The notes beneath the pieces are model-generated. The model did no database searches. It was not told the DNA's origin and saw only the letters and a list, made by a program, of their open reading frames with translations. Shown here one piece after another: positions 1-10,131 of a stretch of DNA of 64,000 bases. This stretch comes from an uncultured Bacilli bacterium (GTDB lineage: Bacteria > Bacillota_I > Bacilli_A > RF39 > UBA660), in assembly GCA_947589675.1 (NCBI GenBank), contig CANQCI010000001.1:7156-71155 (forward strand), written 5' to 3'. Every line of letters begins with the position of its first letter. The first letter of the stretch is position 1. A program made the position numbers and the translations under genes.

Positions 1-39
1 AAACGAAAGAATTAGTTTTAAATCTAGGAGAAGATAATC

Positions 40-1410
40 ATGAATAATGCAAGATATGATAGTATGCAAAACTTTCTAGATTTAATTAAAAAGTTTGCCA
101 TTAGCAATCCTAATAGGGATATAGATGATAAATTTATATATTCTAATTTAATTAAATATAATATTAATGCTAGTCAAATGGGAGAAGCAAAAATTAATCA
201 GCATTTTCCAATAATTACTAATTACTTTAAAGGGAATAATAAGGTTAATTATTGTATGAGTCAAAATGGTTATTATTTAGTTTTAAAAAATGGTAACTTA
301 AATGGCAATGAAATAAAATTATATGTTCCTCTTGATTATAATCATATATTAAATGGGGCAGTTATTATTACGGATTATATGGCAAAAAACGGCATAGAAT
401 TTCAAGCTAAGTTAGCAAAAGTAATTCGTAATGATGATTTTATTATTCAAGTTAATACCATTAAAGATGCAAATGAAATTATTAAATTTATATATAATAA
501 TGATTATATAAAAGAGGGATTATTAAGAGAAAATCCATTTTTGCCAAGTATAAATGGTGTAGGCTTAACGATGGATAATGATTATTCTTTTAACCGAATT
601 TTGAGTGAATCATTAAGTGATTATATTCGCCAGTTGAAAAATCAAAATAGAGTAGAAAGTGGTAATGTTCGAGAATTTAATGCCTTTTTAGCTAATTTGG
701 CTCACAATGAACAAAATTTAGATAAGAAAGATATTTATAATTTACTTACGAAAACAACTGATGCTAATTTTTCAGCGAATATGTTAAGTAATTTTATTAA
801 AGATAAAATAGTGGATAAGTATGATAATTTAAATCAAAGAATAACAGAACCAGAGTATTATTTAGACCGGGCTTTAATAGTAACAAACCAAACGTATCCC
901 AATACCGTCAAAGGAGCATTAATAAAATATATAAGTGGGGATCCTTCCTATATTGCCGATGATGGATATGCTAGACAAGGTTTATTAAAATATGTAAAGA
1001 GTGAAGATGTTGTTAATCTTATGCGGCAAAAATTAAAGCAAGTTAATTATACGGGCTCTAACGATATTGGCAACTTAATTGATAAGTATTTAAGCCTGGT
1101 GATTGTAACAAGACATGAAAAATCAGTTTATGAATTATTTCATATGCTCCAAAATGCGTATCTTAATACCCAAGAAGTATATGATACACTTCAAGCTAAT
1201 TATGCTTTAAGAAGGCTAATTGATGAAAATAATTCGATGGGATTTACCAATCGATATAATGACCGAGATATACTAAATAGATATGTATTAGGTAAAAATA
1301 TCAAAAATATAATTTTAACCGGAATATCTTATGATAGAACGATTGATTATAATAATACTAATGCATTTGTTAGTTTATTTGCTGAATATCTTAATGGCCG
1401 AAAATTTTAA
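40..1410 (+). CDS. hypothetical protein (456 aa), function unknown
   Basis: Long ORF with an AGGAG-like RBS upstream and no recognisable catalytic motif. It ends 10 bp before ung. Confidence 0.45.
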   Translation: MNNARYDSMQNFLDLIKKFAISNPNRDIDDKFIYSNLIKYNINASQMGEAKINQHFPIITNYFKGNNKVNYCMSQNGYYLVLKNGNLNGNEIKLYVPLDYNHILNGAVIITDYMAKNGIEFQAKLAKVIRNDDFIIQVNTIKDANEIIKFIYNNDYIKEGLLRENPFLPSINGVGLTMDNDYSFNRILSESLSDYIRQLKNQNRVESGNVREFNAFLANLAHNEQNLDKKDIYNLLTKTTDANFSANMLSNFIKDKIVDKYDNLNQRITEPEYYLDRALIVTNQTYPNTVKGALIKYISGDPSYIADDGYARQGLLKYVKSEDVVNLMRQKLKQVNYTGSNDIGNLIDKYLSLVIVTRHEKSVYELFHMLQNAYLNTQEVYDTLQANYALRRLIDENNSMGFTNRYNDRDILNRYVLGKNIKNIILTGISYDRTIDYNNTNAFVSLFAEYLNGRKF

Positions 1411-1467
1411 TACTTCTTTATGAAGTATTTTTTCTGTGGTAAAATATTTTGGGAAAAGAGGTATATT

Positions 1468-2127
1468 ATGATTGGAAATGATTGGGATGAAAAATTAAAA
1501 ATTATCTGGGAAAGTAAAGGATTTCAAAAATTTTATGAAAAGATTATGCATGAGTACGATTTAAAAACGATTTATCCTCCAAAAGATTATATATTTAATG
1601 CTTTAAAGTTGACTAGTTTTGCTGATACAAAAGTGGTAATTATGGGTCAAGATCCCTACCATGGAGAAAATGAAGCCCATGGACTTTCTTTTTCGGTGCA
1701 AAAGGGAGTAAAAATACCGCCTTCATTACAAAATATCTATAAGGAATTATATGATGACTTAAAAATACCACCTAAAGAAGATGGCGATTTAACTGGCTGG
1801 GCAAAGGAGGGGGTTTTGCTTCTTAACTCAGTCTTAACGGTGGAAAAGGATAAAGCAGCAAGTCATCGTAATTTAGGTTGGGAATTATTAACTGATTATA
1901 TTATCAAAATATTAAATACGAAAGAAGAACCAGTAGTATTTATCTTATGGGGAAAATTTGCTAAAGAAAAAGCTAAATATATAACTAATCCGCATCATTA
2001 CATTATTATTTCACCTCATCCTTCGCCTTTATCAGCATATTCGGGCTTTTTTGGTAGTCGTCCTTTTTCCAAAGCCAATGAATTTTTAAAGAAAAATAAA
2101 ATGACCCCGATTGATTGGTCATTATAA
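1468..2127 (+). CDS. ung: uracil-DNA glycosylase (family 1 UDG)
   Basis: Motifs VVIMGQDPYHGENEAHGLSFSV, LLLNSVLTV and HPSPLSA. The preferred start is ATG 1468 after a GAGG RBS; the ORF track opens at 1420. Confidence 0.9.
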   Translation: MIGNDWDEKLKIIWESKGFQKFYEKIMHEYDLKTIYPPKDYIFNALKLTSFADTKVVIMGQDPYHGENEAHGLSFSVQKGVKIPPSLQNIYKELYDDLKIPPKEDGDLTGWAKEGVLLLNSVLTVEKDKAASHRNLGWELLTDYIIKILNTKEEPVVFILWGKFAKEKAKYITNPHHYIIISPHPSPLSAYSGFFGSRPFSKANEFLKKNKMTPIDWSL

Positions 2128-2673
2128 TTTAAAATCATCGATAACAGCATCTTGCATATTTTTGCCATCAAAGAAAGGTTTAATTTTATACCGATGAATT
2201 TTGGCAATAAGGTTTGTAGGAAATTTGCGAATAACTTTATTTAAATCAGCTGTATTGCGGTTATAATAGTTTTTACAAGATACAAGTTTTTCATCAATGC
2301 CTTTTATTTCTTTTAATATTTTATTAAAGTCTTTATTATCTAACTCGGTAAAATCATTTTTAACTTCCCAAATTATATTCATGGCTTCGGTAAGTTTCCG
2401 ATCTAATTCGTAATTACTAATTCTTTTTTCTTTTAAATCAATATAATCTTTCAGATAATCTTTTTTAGTCACTACTTTTTTAATCATGCCATTCGCTTTA
2501 GCTATGGCATCATATTTTTGCCGGAGTGATTCATCTATAATTCCTTCAGCTTTATCAATTTTTAGCTTAAAGGTAATAATGTTATTGTAAGTTATTACAT
2601 AAAAGATGGCAATAATTCCCACAATAATTATTAGAAGTAGAATGATATTCCATAGACTCATATTATTCACCAA
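2122..2673 (-). CDS. LemA family membrane protein (probable)
   Basis: N-terminal TM helix followed by a YNNIITFK...AEGIIDESLRQKYD stretch typical of LemA (~185 aa). Confidence 0.5.
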   Translation of the reverse strand: MVNNMSLWNIILLLIIIVGIIAIFYVITYNNIITFKLKIDKAEGIIDESLRQKYDAIAKANGMIKKVVTKKDYLKDYIDLKEKRISNYELDRKLTEAMNIIWEVKNDFTELDNKDFNKILKEIKGIDEKLVSCKNYYNRNTADLNKVIRKFPTNLIAKIHRYKIKPFFDGKNMQDAVIDDFKL

Positions 2674-2700
2674 TTATATTATAACGCAAATGGGAAAAAC

Positions 2701-2729
2701 TTGTAAAGCCTATGGTATTATGTTAGAAT
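2701..2729 (+). promoter_or_regulatory. sigma-A-like promoter upstream of the first fem gene
   Basis: TTGTAA, then a 17-nt spacer, then TAGAAT. This places the TSS after the TTG 2731 of the ORF track, which supports ATG 2746 as the start. Confidence 0.4.
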
Positions 2730-2745
2730 TTTGATAGGTGATAAG

Positions 2746-3960
2746 ATGCGATTTGTTGAAAATGTAGAAAAAAAAAGATATCAAGAATTTAGTAATAATC
2801 ACCCTAAATCTCATTTTTTGCAAAGTTATGAATGGGGCGAATTTTGTCGGCTAGCTAAGGGTCAAATTCCTCATTATGTTGGCATGGAAGATGAAGAAAC
2901 ACTTGTTGCTACGGCATTATTACTGGAAAAAAAGACTCCTCTTGGTTATAGTTATGTTTATGCACCACGGGGTTTTTTAATTGACTATACTAATCAAGAA
3001 TATGTCAAACAATTTACAACTTATTTAAAAAAGTATATGCAAGAGCATAAAATTATTTATATAAAAATCGATCCTGATTTAAAATATCAAGATATCGATG
3101 ACGAGGCTAAGCCTATTCCTGATGGATTTAATAATTATGCGTTATATGATTATATGTTAAGCTTAGGCTATATCCATAAGGGATTTTATAAATTATATGA
3201 TGGCAATCAACCCCGTTATACATTTCGAATTGATTTAAAAAAGGATTTTCAAGATGTAGAAAGGAGGTTTTCAAAAACTTTTTTAAAGTCAATAAAACGT
3301 AGTCAGGCTTATAATATCGAAATAGATAATAAGGTTGATGTAAAAACGTTTTATGAATTATTAAAAAATAATAGTGCTAAAGATGGTTTTCTAGCCCGTG
3401 ATTTAAATTATTATGAAAAATTTTGTCAGACTATGGAGGATAATATTAAGTTTTTTAATGCTCGAATTAGACCCCAAGAATTGTTAAAAAAGATTGAAAA
3501 AGAAATAGACGAAATTACGGAATTAATTCCTAAGTCACCTAAAAAAGCTCCAGATTTACAAAATAAATTAAATAGATTAAAAAAGGAACAAGAAGAATTT
3601 CAAAAAATTGAAGAAAAGGAAGTAGTTGTTTGTTCGTTAATTTGTACTTATACCCAAAATAGAGCTTGGAGTTTTTATATTGGGAGTAATGAACTAGCTA
3701 ATTTAACTTTTGCGGTTTCTTTATGTTATTATGAAGCTATCAAAGATGCTCATCAACAACAAAAAGATTTTTTTGATTTGTTTGGAGTTGTCGGAGATCC
3801 CCATACTACCTATAAAAATTTAGCTCGTATTTATGATTTTAAACGGAAATTTGGTGATGAATATATTGAATTTATGGGAGAATTTGATTTAGTTAATAAA
3901 CCATTTTTATATAAAATATTACCGTTTTTATTAAAGATTTATCGGAAAATTAGGGGGTAG
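2746..3960 (+). CDS. FemAB-family peptidoglycan interpeptide-bridge aminoacyltransferase (paralogue 1)
   Basis: FLQSYEWGEF ... YAPRGF motifs and a central coiled-coil insert typical of FemABX/MurM enzymes. Confidence 0.8.
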   Translation: MRFVENVEKKRYQEFSNNHPKSHFLQSYEWGEFCRLAKGQIPHYVGMEDEETLVATALLLEKKTPLGYSYVYAPRGFLIDYTNQEYVKQFTTYLKKYMQEHKIIYIKIDPDLKYQDIDDEAKPIPDGFNNYALYDYMLSLGYIHKGFYKLYDGNQPRYTFRIDLKKDFQDVERRFSKTFLKSIKRSQAYNIEIDNKVDVKTFYELLKNNSAKDGFLARDLNYYEKFCQTMEDNIKFFNARIRPQELLKKIEKEIDEITELIPKSPKKAPDLQNKLNRLKKEQEEFQKIEEKEVVVCSLICTYTQNRAWSFYIGSNELANLTFAVSLCYYEAIKDAHQQQKDFFDLFGVVGDPHTTYKNLARIYDFKRKFGDEYIEFMGEFDLVNKPFLYKILPFLLKIYRKIRG

Positions 3961-3963
3961 GGT

Positions 3964-5223
3964 ATGGAATTAAAAAATATTAAAGAAAATGAATATTTAA
4001 AGTTTGCTTTAAATCATAAAGATATATCTATTTATCAGTTACCAGCTTGGGGCAAGTTAAAAGAACAAACTGGTTGGAAAACCCATTTATTAGGTTTATA
4101 TGCTGATAATAAATTAATTGGCGTGACAATGCTTTTGCAAAAAGTAACCCCGATTAAATTAAGTTTATTTTATGCTCCGCGGGGGTTTTTAATTCCTTTG
4201 GATAATTACAATATATTTGCGGAATTTACTGAACTTCTTAAAAAATATCTAAAAAAGTATAAAGGTTTTATGGTCAAAGTTGATCCTAATGTCATTTATT
4301 CTTTAAGTGATGAAAATAATGAGAATAAAAAAATAATAGGGAAGCAAGTTTATGATAATTTTATAAAACTTAAGTATCGGCATTTAGGTTTTACCCTAAA
4401 TTTTGAAACTATGCAACCTCGGTATTTGTGTCGTTTTAAATTGGGTAGTGATTATAATGAAACTTGCCAAGGATTTGCTAAATCAACTCGTAAAAATATT
4501 ATTAAAACAGAAAATATGGGCGTTAGAACGAGATTAATTAACGATGAGGAAATAGATTTATTTGTGTCGCTTTTACAAGAAACCGGGCGGTTAAAAAATT
4601 TTATTGTTCGCCCCGCGAGTTATTATCAAAGAATGTATGATTTAATGAAAGATTATTTAAAATTATATTTAACTTATATTGATCTTAATATATATCATGA
4701 ATATTTAACGAAAGAGATAGAAATAACGAAAAAAGAATTAGCAAATATTGAAAAACAAATGACTAGTAATAATGTAGGGAATAAATTAAAAACAGCTCAC
4801 AAAAACTATAATGAACATTTAACAAAACTAACTAAAGATTTAGAAATTGCTCAAAATTTACGAAAAAGTCATGATAAAATATATATTGGAGCCTTAATGA
4901 GTATTTTTATCGGTGAAGAGGGAATTACTTTTATGTCAGGAACTAATAATCAATATAAAAGTTTTAATCCCAAGTATTCTTTTTATAATGAACATATTAA
5001 AGAATGTTTTAAAGAGGGAAAGAAATATTGTAACTTTTACGGCATTTCTGGGGATATGAATCCTCATGGAGAGTATTATTCGATTTATGAAATTAAAAAA
5101 GGATTTAGACCTGAGATTGTCGAATTAATTGGGGAATTTGATTTAATAACAAATCGATTTGGTTACTATTTATATAAAGTAGCCCTTAAGGGATATAAAT
5201 TTTTAAAAAAATTCAAGCATTGA
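3964..5223 (+). CDS. FemAB-family aminoacyltransferase (paralogue 2)
   Basis: YQLPAWGKLK ... FYAPRGF motif and a coiled-coil insert. It starts 4 bp after paralogue 1. Confidence 0.8.
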   Translation: MELKNIKENEYLKFALNHKDISIYQLPAWGKLKEQTGWKTHLLGLYADNKLIGVTMLLQKVTPIKLSLFYAPRGFLIPLDNYNIFAEFTELLKKYLKKYKGFMVKVDPNVIYSLSDENNENKKIIGKQVYDNFIKLKYRHLGFTLNFETMQPRYLCRFKLGSDYNETCQGFAKSTRKNIIKTENMGVRTRLINDEEIDLFVSLLQETGRLKNFIVRPASYYQRMYDLMKDYLKLYLTYIDLNIYHEYLTKEIEITKKELANIEKQMTSNNVGNKLKTAHKNYNEHLTKLTKDLEIAQNLRKSHDKIYIGALMSIFIGEEGITFMSGTNNQYKSFNPKYSFYNEHIKECFKEGKKYCNFYGISGDMNPHGEYYSIYEIKKGFRPEIVELIGEFDLITNRFGYYLYKVALKGYKFLKKFKH

Positions 5224-5235
5224 AGGTGAAGAAAA

Positions 5236-6903
5236 GTGAAAATGAAAAAAAATTCCTTTGTTGAGGGAACAATTATTGCCACCTTAGCAATAGTGTTTAC
5301 AAAAATATTAGGTATGCTTTATGTAATACCTTTTTATGCGATAATTGGTTCCGCGGGTAGTTCGTTATATAGTTATGCTTATAATATATATGTAATATTT
5401 TTAAATATTTCATCCGCAGGGATACCGGTTGCTATGAGTAAATTAGTTAGTGAATTTGATACCAAGAAAATGAAAGAAGCCAAGGTTCGAAGTTTAAAAT
5501 TAGGTACCATAATTATTGCGGTTATTTCCATAATTTGTTTTTTAATTTTATTTATTTTTGCTCGGCAAGTGGCTGTTTTGATTGTGGGCGACTTATCTGG
5601 TGGTAATTCTTTAGATTCTATTGCGTTAGTTTTAAGAGTTGTATCTTTTTCAGTTTTACTAATCCCTTTTTTAAGTGTTACCAAAGGATATTTACAAGGT
5701 CATAAATTTATTACTCCAACTTCAACGAGTCAAATGATTGAACAAGTTGTCCGGATTGCTGTTATTTTAATTGGGAGTTATATTGCCATTAAAATATTAA
5801 AGAAAAAAGTGGCAATAGGTGTTGCAGTTGCTGTTTCGGGAGCCTTTTTTGGAGGCTTAGCCGCCTTTATATATATTTTGCGAAAGATAAACCAAAATAA
5901 AGAAAAATTAGATTTAGACAGAGAACTAAAACCAGATAAAATTAGTAATAAAGAAATTTTAAAAAAGATTTTAGCTTATGCTATCCCTTTTATCATTATT
6001 AATGTAACCGTTAATTTCTTTAATATTGTCGATATGTCTTTAATTATTCGGACACTTGGAAAAATGGGTTTTAGTGGGAGTGATGCGGAATTTGTAGCTA
6101 GTGCGATGACTACTTGGGGATATAAATTAAATATGATTGTTAATGCAATTGCAACTGGCTTAACAATTAGTTTAATTCCGAATATTGTCGCCGCGAATGT
6201 TGCCCATGAGCATAAAAAAGTAAATAATATTTTAAATAAAGCTTTTCAAATTGTTTTATTTATTAGTACTCCCGCAGCAATTGGTTTATCATTTTTAGCT
6301 CCGTCAGTTTGGAACATTTTTTATGGAGCTAGTACGTTAGGCCCTATCATTTTTAAAGTCAGTATTTTAACGGCAATCATGTGTAATGTTTATTTAATAG
6401 CTTTACAAACCGCTCAAAGTTTAAATGAATATAAAACAGTTTATGCCGCAGTAATTTTTGGTTTTTCCATGAATGCTATTTTTGATGTTCCATTTATGTA
6501 TCTTTGCAGGGCAACCGGCTTACCCCCTTATTATGGAGCGACATTTGCTACCATGTTAGGATATGTTGTAGCTATTGGGATAATTTTAATAAAACTAAAA
6601 CAAAATAAAGAAATAAATTATTTACCAACTCTTAAAGCTGGTGCCAAAATATTTTTGTCAGTTGCCGTAATGGTGGTTTTATTAAGCTTATTAAAATTAG
6701 TAATTCCAATTTCCAATGCTACCAAGATTTCTTCGATAATTTATGTAGCCATTTATGCGATAGTGGGAGCTTTAATTTATTTTGGTTTAACATATAAAAT
6801 GGGCTTAGTGGATAGTATTTTAGGTAAAAGAAGATTAACGCAACTTTTGAATCGCTTAACATTTGGTTTAGTGAAAGTAAGAGGCGAAAAAGATGACGAT
6901 TAA
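5236..6903 (+). CDS. MOP-superfamily polytopic flippase (MurJ/SpoVB-like polysaccharide biosynthesis protein)
   Basis: 555 aa with roughly 14 TM segments. The N-terminus ...AIIGSAGSSLYSYAYNIYVIFLNISSAGIPVAMSKLVSE is typical of MurJ/SpoVB. It sits between fem paralogues. Confidence 0.6.
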   Translation: MKMKKNSFVEGTIIATLAIVFTKILGMLYVIPFYAIIGSAGSSLYSYAYNIYVIFLNISSAGIPVAMSKLVSEFDTKKMKEAKVRSLKLGTIIIAVISIICFLILFIFARQVAVLIVGDLSGGNSLDSIALVLRVVSFSVLLIPFLSVTKGYLQGHKFITPTSTSQMIEQVVRIAVILIGSYIAIKILKKKVAIGVAVAVSGAFFGGLAAFIYILRKINQNKEKLDLDRELKPDKISNKEILKKILAYAIPFIIINVTVNFFNIVDMSLIIRTLGKMGFSGSDAEFVASAMTTWGYKLNMIVNAIATGLTISLIPNIVAANVAHEHKKVNNILNKAFQIVLFISTPAAIGLSFLAPSVWNIFYGASTLGPIIFKVSILTAIMCNVYLIALQTAQSLNEYKTVYAAVIFGFSMNAIFDVPFMYLCRATGLPPYYGATFATMLGYVVAIGIILIKLKQNKEINYLPTLKAGAKIFLSVAVMVVLLSLLKLVIPISNATKISSIIYVAIYAIVGALIYFGLTYKMGLVDSILGKRRLTQLLNRLTFGLVKVRGEKDDD

Positions 6904-8107
6904 AAAAATTTCCAGTGAATTATATGAAGATTTTGTTAATAGGAGTTCTTTAGCTAGTTTTTATCAAAGTAAAGAATGGTTAGAAGAAAAAAAACTTGAG
7001 GGTAAAGATGGTGAATTAGTAGGTTTATATAAAGAAAATAAATTAATAGGTGTATCATTAATATTATATTTACAAGTTTTAAAAAAATATAAGTTTGCTT
7101 ATGCCTCCCGTGGTTTTATATATGATTATCAAGATATTAAAGATTTTAAAAAATCTTTACAAGATTATTTTCAGGATGTCGTTTTCATCCGAATTGATCC
7201 CCCCATCATATTAGCTAAATATGACCATGATTTAAAACGGGTAGAAGATACCCAGTCTTTGCAAATTATCAATGATTTAAAAAAACATGGTTTTCTTCAT
7301 TTCGGATTTAACATGGGAGCTGAAACTATGCAATTTCGCTTTATTCATCGACTTGTTTTAAAGGATAGCTTTGATGCCCAAATGACCGAAATGAGTAAAA
7401 GTACACGGAAAAATATGGAAATTGCTGAAAGTAAAGGAGTTAAAGCTAAAACTGTTGATATTACCGAAATAGATGAAGTAATGCGACTTTTTAATAAGAC
7501 AATAGAAAGAAAAAAAATTAAAGGTTTTTCCAAAACATTTTATAAAAATTTATGTGAAGTTTATCAAGATAATGTAAAAATGTATATTATATATATAGAT
7601 AAAGCGGAATATTTAACTAATTTAGACCAAAAAATTAAGGATGCGAAAGATAAGTTAGCTACGGTAGAAAAAAAGATGACTCATGATAATATAGGTAATA
7701 AGTTAAAAACGGCCGTTGAACAAGCAAAACAGGCGATTCAAAAATATCAAGCAGAATTAACTAAGGCAAAAAATTTAGCCGATTATACTAATATTGGAGC
7801 CATGCTTACTATAACCAAATATAATGAAGTTGTTTCTTTAACGAGTGGTATGGATAATGATTATCGGGAGTTTTGCCCTAAATATGTGATGTATCCCGCA
7901 ATGATTAAAGATGCTATTGATAATCATTTAACCTATGTTAATTTTTTGGGAGTTAAAGATATTTTAAATCCGCATAATCCCGATTATGGCGTTTATGAAG
8001 TTAAAAGAGGTTTTGGTGGAGAAACAATTGAATATATTGGCGAATTTGATTTACCAATTAAACCAGTTCTTTATAAAATGTATCAAATCAAAAGAAAAAT
8101 AAAATAG
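6893..8107 (+). CDS. FemAB-family aminoacyltransferase (paralogue 3)
   Basis: YQSKEWLEEK ... YASRGF motif with a coiled-coil insert. It overlaps the end of the flippase gene by 11 nt. Confidence 0.8.
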   Translation: MTIKKISSELYEDFVNRSSLASFYQSKEWLEEKKLEGKDGELVGLYKENKLIGVSLILYLQVLKKYKFAYASRGFIYDYQDIKDFKKSLQDYFQDVVFIRIDPPIILAKYDHDLKRVEDTQSLQIINDLKKHGFLHFGFNMGAETMQFRFIHRLVLKDSFDAQMTEMSKSTRKNMEIAESKGVKAKTVDITEIDEVMRLFNKTIERKKIKGFSKTFYKNLCEVYQDNVKMYIIYIDKAEYLTNLDQKIKDAKDKLATVEKKMTHDNIGNKLKTAVEQAKQAIQKYQAELTKAKNLADYTNIGAMLTITKYNEVVSLTSGMDNDYREFCPKYVMYPAMIKDAIDNHLTYVNFLGVKDILNPHNPDYGVYEVKRGFGGETIEYIGEFDLPIKPVLYKMYQIKRKIK

Positions 8108-8221
8108 TAAATAAAAAATTATCTAAAACATATTTATTAAGTTTTTTCCATTGGCGATGGTATGATAAATATAGAGAATTTAATATTAAAGTAATATACT
8201 ATAAAAGGTGGGAGATTAAAT

Positions 8222-8911
8222 ATGAAAAGTATAATACAAATTGAAACAGCAGATAAAAAATATATTGGTAAAGATGAAGAAGTTTTAGCATTAACTAATA
8301 TTAATCTTAATTTTGAATTAGGAAAATTTTATGTTATCATCGGACACAGTGGTTCTGGAAAATCAACACTTTTAAATATTATCGCTTTTATAGAAAGACT
8401 AACAAGTGGAAATTATTATTTTAATGATAAAAACGTAGAAGACTTAACAAAAGATGAATTGACCAAAATAAGAATGGAGAATATTGGCTACATTTTTCAA
8501 AATTTTAACTTAGACCCAAATTTAACAGCAATTGAAAATGTAATGTTACCAATGCTTATAAATAGGCAAATTAAAAAAAGTGAAAGAAAGGAAAAAGCAA
8601 AAAAATTGCTTGAGCTTGTTAATATGCAACACCGAGTTAAGCATTTTCCTAAAGCTTTGTCAGGTGGAGAACAACAAAGAGTAAGCATTGCTCGAGCCTT
8701 AGCTAATAATCCTAATATAATAATTGCCGATGAACCAACTGGCAATTTAGATAAAAAAAATGAAAAAGTTATTTTGGAAATTTTAAAGGATTTAAGTAAT
8801 CAAGGTAAATGTGTTATCGTAGCAACTCATAGTAGTGAAATAGAAAAATATGCTGATAATTTAATACAACTAGAAGAAGGAAAAGTAGTGAAAAATGAAT
8901 ATACAAGATAA
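8222..8911 (+). CDS. ABC transporter ATP-binding protein
   Basis: Walker A GHSGSGKST, ABC signature LSGGEQQRVSIARAL, Walker B IIIADEPTGNLD. Confidence 0.85.
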   Translation: MKSIIQIETADKKYIGKDEEVLALTNINLNFELGKFYVIIGHSGSGKSTLLNIIAFIERLTSGNYYFNDKNVEDLTKDELTKIRMENIGYIFQNFNLDPNLTAIENVMLPMLINRQIKKSERKEKAKKLLELVNMQHRVKHFPKALSGGEQQRVSIARALANNPNIIIADEPTGNLDKKNEKVILEILKDLSNQGKCVIVATHSSEIEKYADNLIQLEEGKVVKNEYTR

Positions 8912-10130
8912 CTTTTTTTTAGTAAAAAAACACTTTTTAAATGTTAATAATATTATAACAATGATAGTATTAATTCTTATCAACATTATTATATTTAGTT
9001 CATTAACAGTTATTGCATTTTATTTTTCATTTAAAAGCAATTATCAAAATGATGTACTTAATAGAACATTAATTGTATATAATGAAAATAATTCTGATAA
9101 TAAAATAATTAATAATATTAATAATGTAGAATTAGTAGAAAATGTAAAATATTTAAATGATATTTATCGTGATGCAAAATTATTTGATACTAAAACTTTA
9201 AAGGGAGAAATAATATTACATACCTTAATAGATAAGAACGATGTATCGATTGTTTATGGAAGAAATATAGAAAAATCTGGTGAAGTAATTTGTCCTCAAA
9301 ATTTTTATCCTCATTATTTTTATGCTAATGATGAAGCTCAAAATACTAAAATATATAAATCCCTTTATGTAAATGGCAGTGATTATATTGGCAAAAGTTT
9401 TAAAGTAAATTCAAAAAATTCAGATTATGATAATCAGGATTTTGAATTTAAAATAGTAGGAACTTATAAACCGTTATATTCTAGTTCGACTATAAACACA
9501 TGCTATTTATCAAAAAAAGATTATGATTTAATTTCAGCTAAAAATCTTGGCGAAATTACATCTACATTAGTTGATGGTACAACAGAAGTAGAAACTGTTG
9601 AATGGAAAGATTTATTTGTTAGAGTAAATAATTATAATAACGTGGAAAATGTAAAAAAGGATATAGAATTATTAGGATATAAAGTATCATATGCTCAAAG
9701 TTATGATAATGATATGGTAAACATTATTTTATATATTCCGATTTTTATAGTATTAATAGTGATAATAATTAGTTTTTGTTTATTATATAATTTTATAAAA
9801 AAGAAAGTAAAAAAAAGATATAATTACTATGGACTTTTAACAGCAATAGGCTTTAAAAATAAAGATATCAAGAAAATGGAAATAAGTGAAAATAGTGTAA
9901 TGTATATTTTTAGCTTTTTATTAAGTTTTATTATATATTTTGTTATATATCATATATTGATTAATGGGTTATTTGCTGAAATAATTTTTTCAAATTATAT
10001 TATAAAAATTCCTGGAGCATTTATTTTGTTAGTTATGATACTTTATTTAAGTTTAATTATAATTGAAACAAATTTATGCATAGACAGGACGTTGCAAAAG
10101 GATATTAGAATATCTTTAGGAGAAAATTAA
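8895..10130 (+). CDS. FtsX-like ABC permease (MacB-type topology)
   Basis: N-terminal TM helix, a large extracytoplasmic domain, and C-terminal TM helices carrying the FtsX-family motif YGLLTAIGFKNKDI. Extremely AT-rich. Confidence 0.55.
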   Translation: MNIQDNFFLVKKHFLNVNNIITMIVLILINIIIFSSLTVIAFYFSFKSNYQNDVLNRTLIVYNENNSDNKIINNINNVELVENVKYLNDIYRDAKLFDTKTLKGEIILHTLIDKNDVSIVYGRNIEKSGEVICPQNFYPHYFYANDEAQNTKIYKSLYVNGSDYIGKSFKVNSKNSDYDNQDFEFKIVGTYKPLYSSSTINTCYLSKKDYDLISAKNLGEITSTLVDGTTEVETVEWKDLFVRVNNYNNVENVKKDIELLGYKVSYAQSYDNDMVNIILYIPIFIVLIVIIISFCLLYNFIKKKVKKRYNYYGLLTAIGFKNKDIKKMEISENSVMYIFSFLLSFIIYFVIYHILINGLFAEIIFSNYIIKIPGAFILLVMILYLSLIIIETNLCIDRTLQKDIRISLGEN

Positions 10131-10131
10131 T

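Noticed and set aside
5379-5684. Antisense ORFs of 60-106 aa inside long genes (e.g. 5379-5684, 7345-7533, 8497-8745, 11089-11358, 11675-11995, 12029-12400, 20306-20539, 22204-22449, 29276-29503, 39110-39310, 51968-52252, 54329-54604, 58227-58528)
   Set aside because: All are fully embedded in well-supported longer ORFs on the other strand, lack RBS, and are low-complexity. They are the expected by-product of AT-rich coding sequence.
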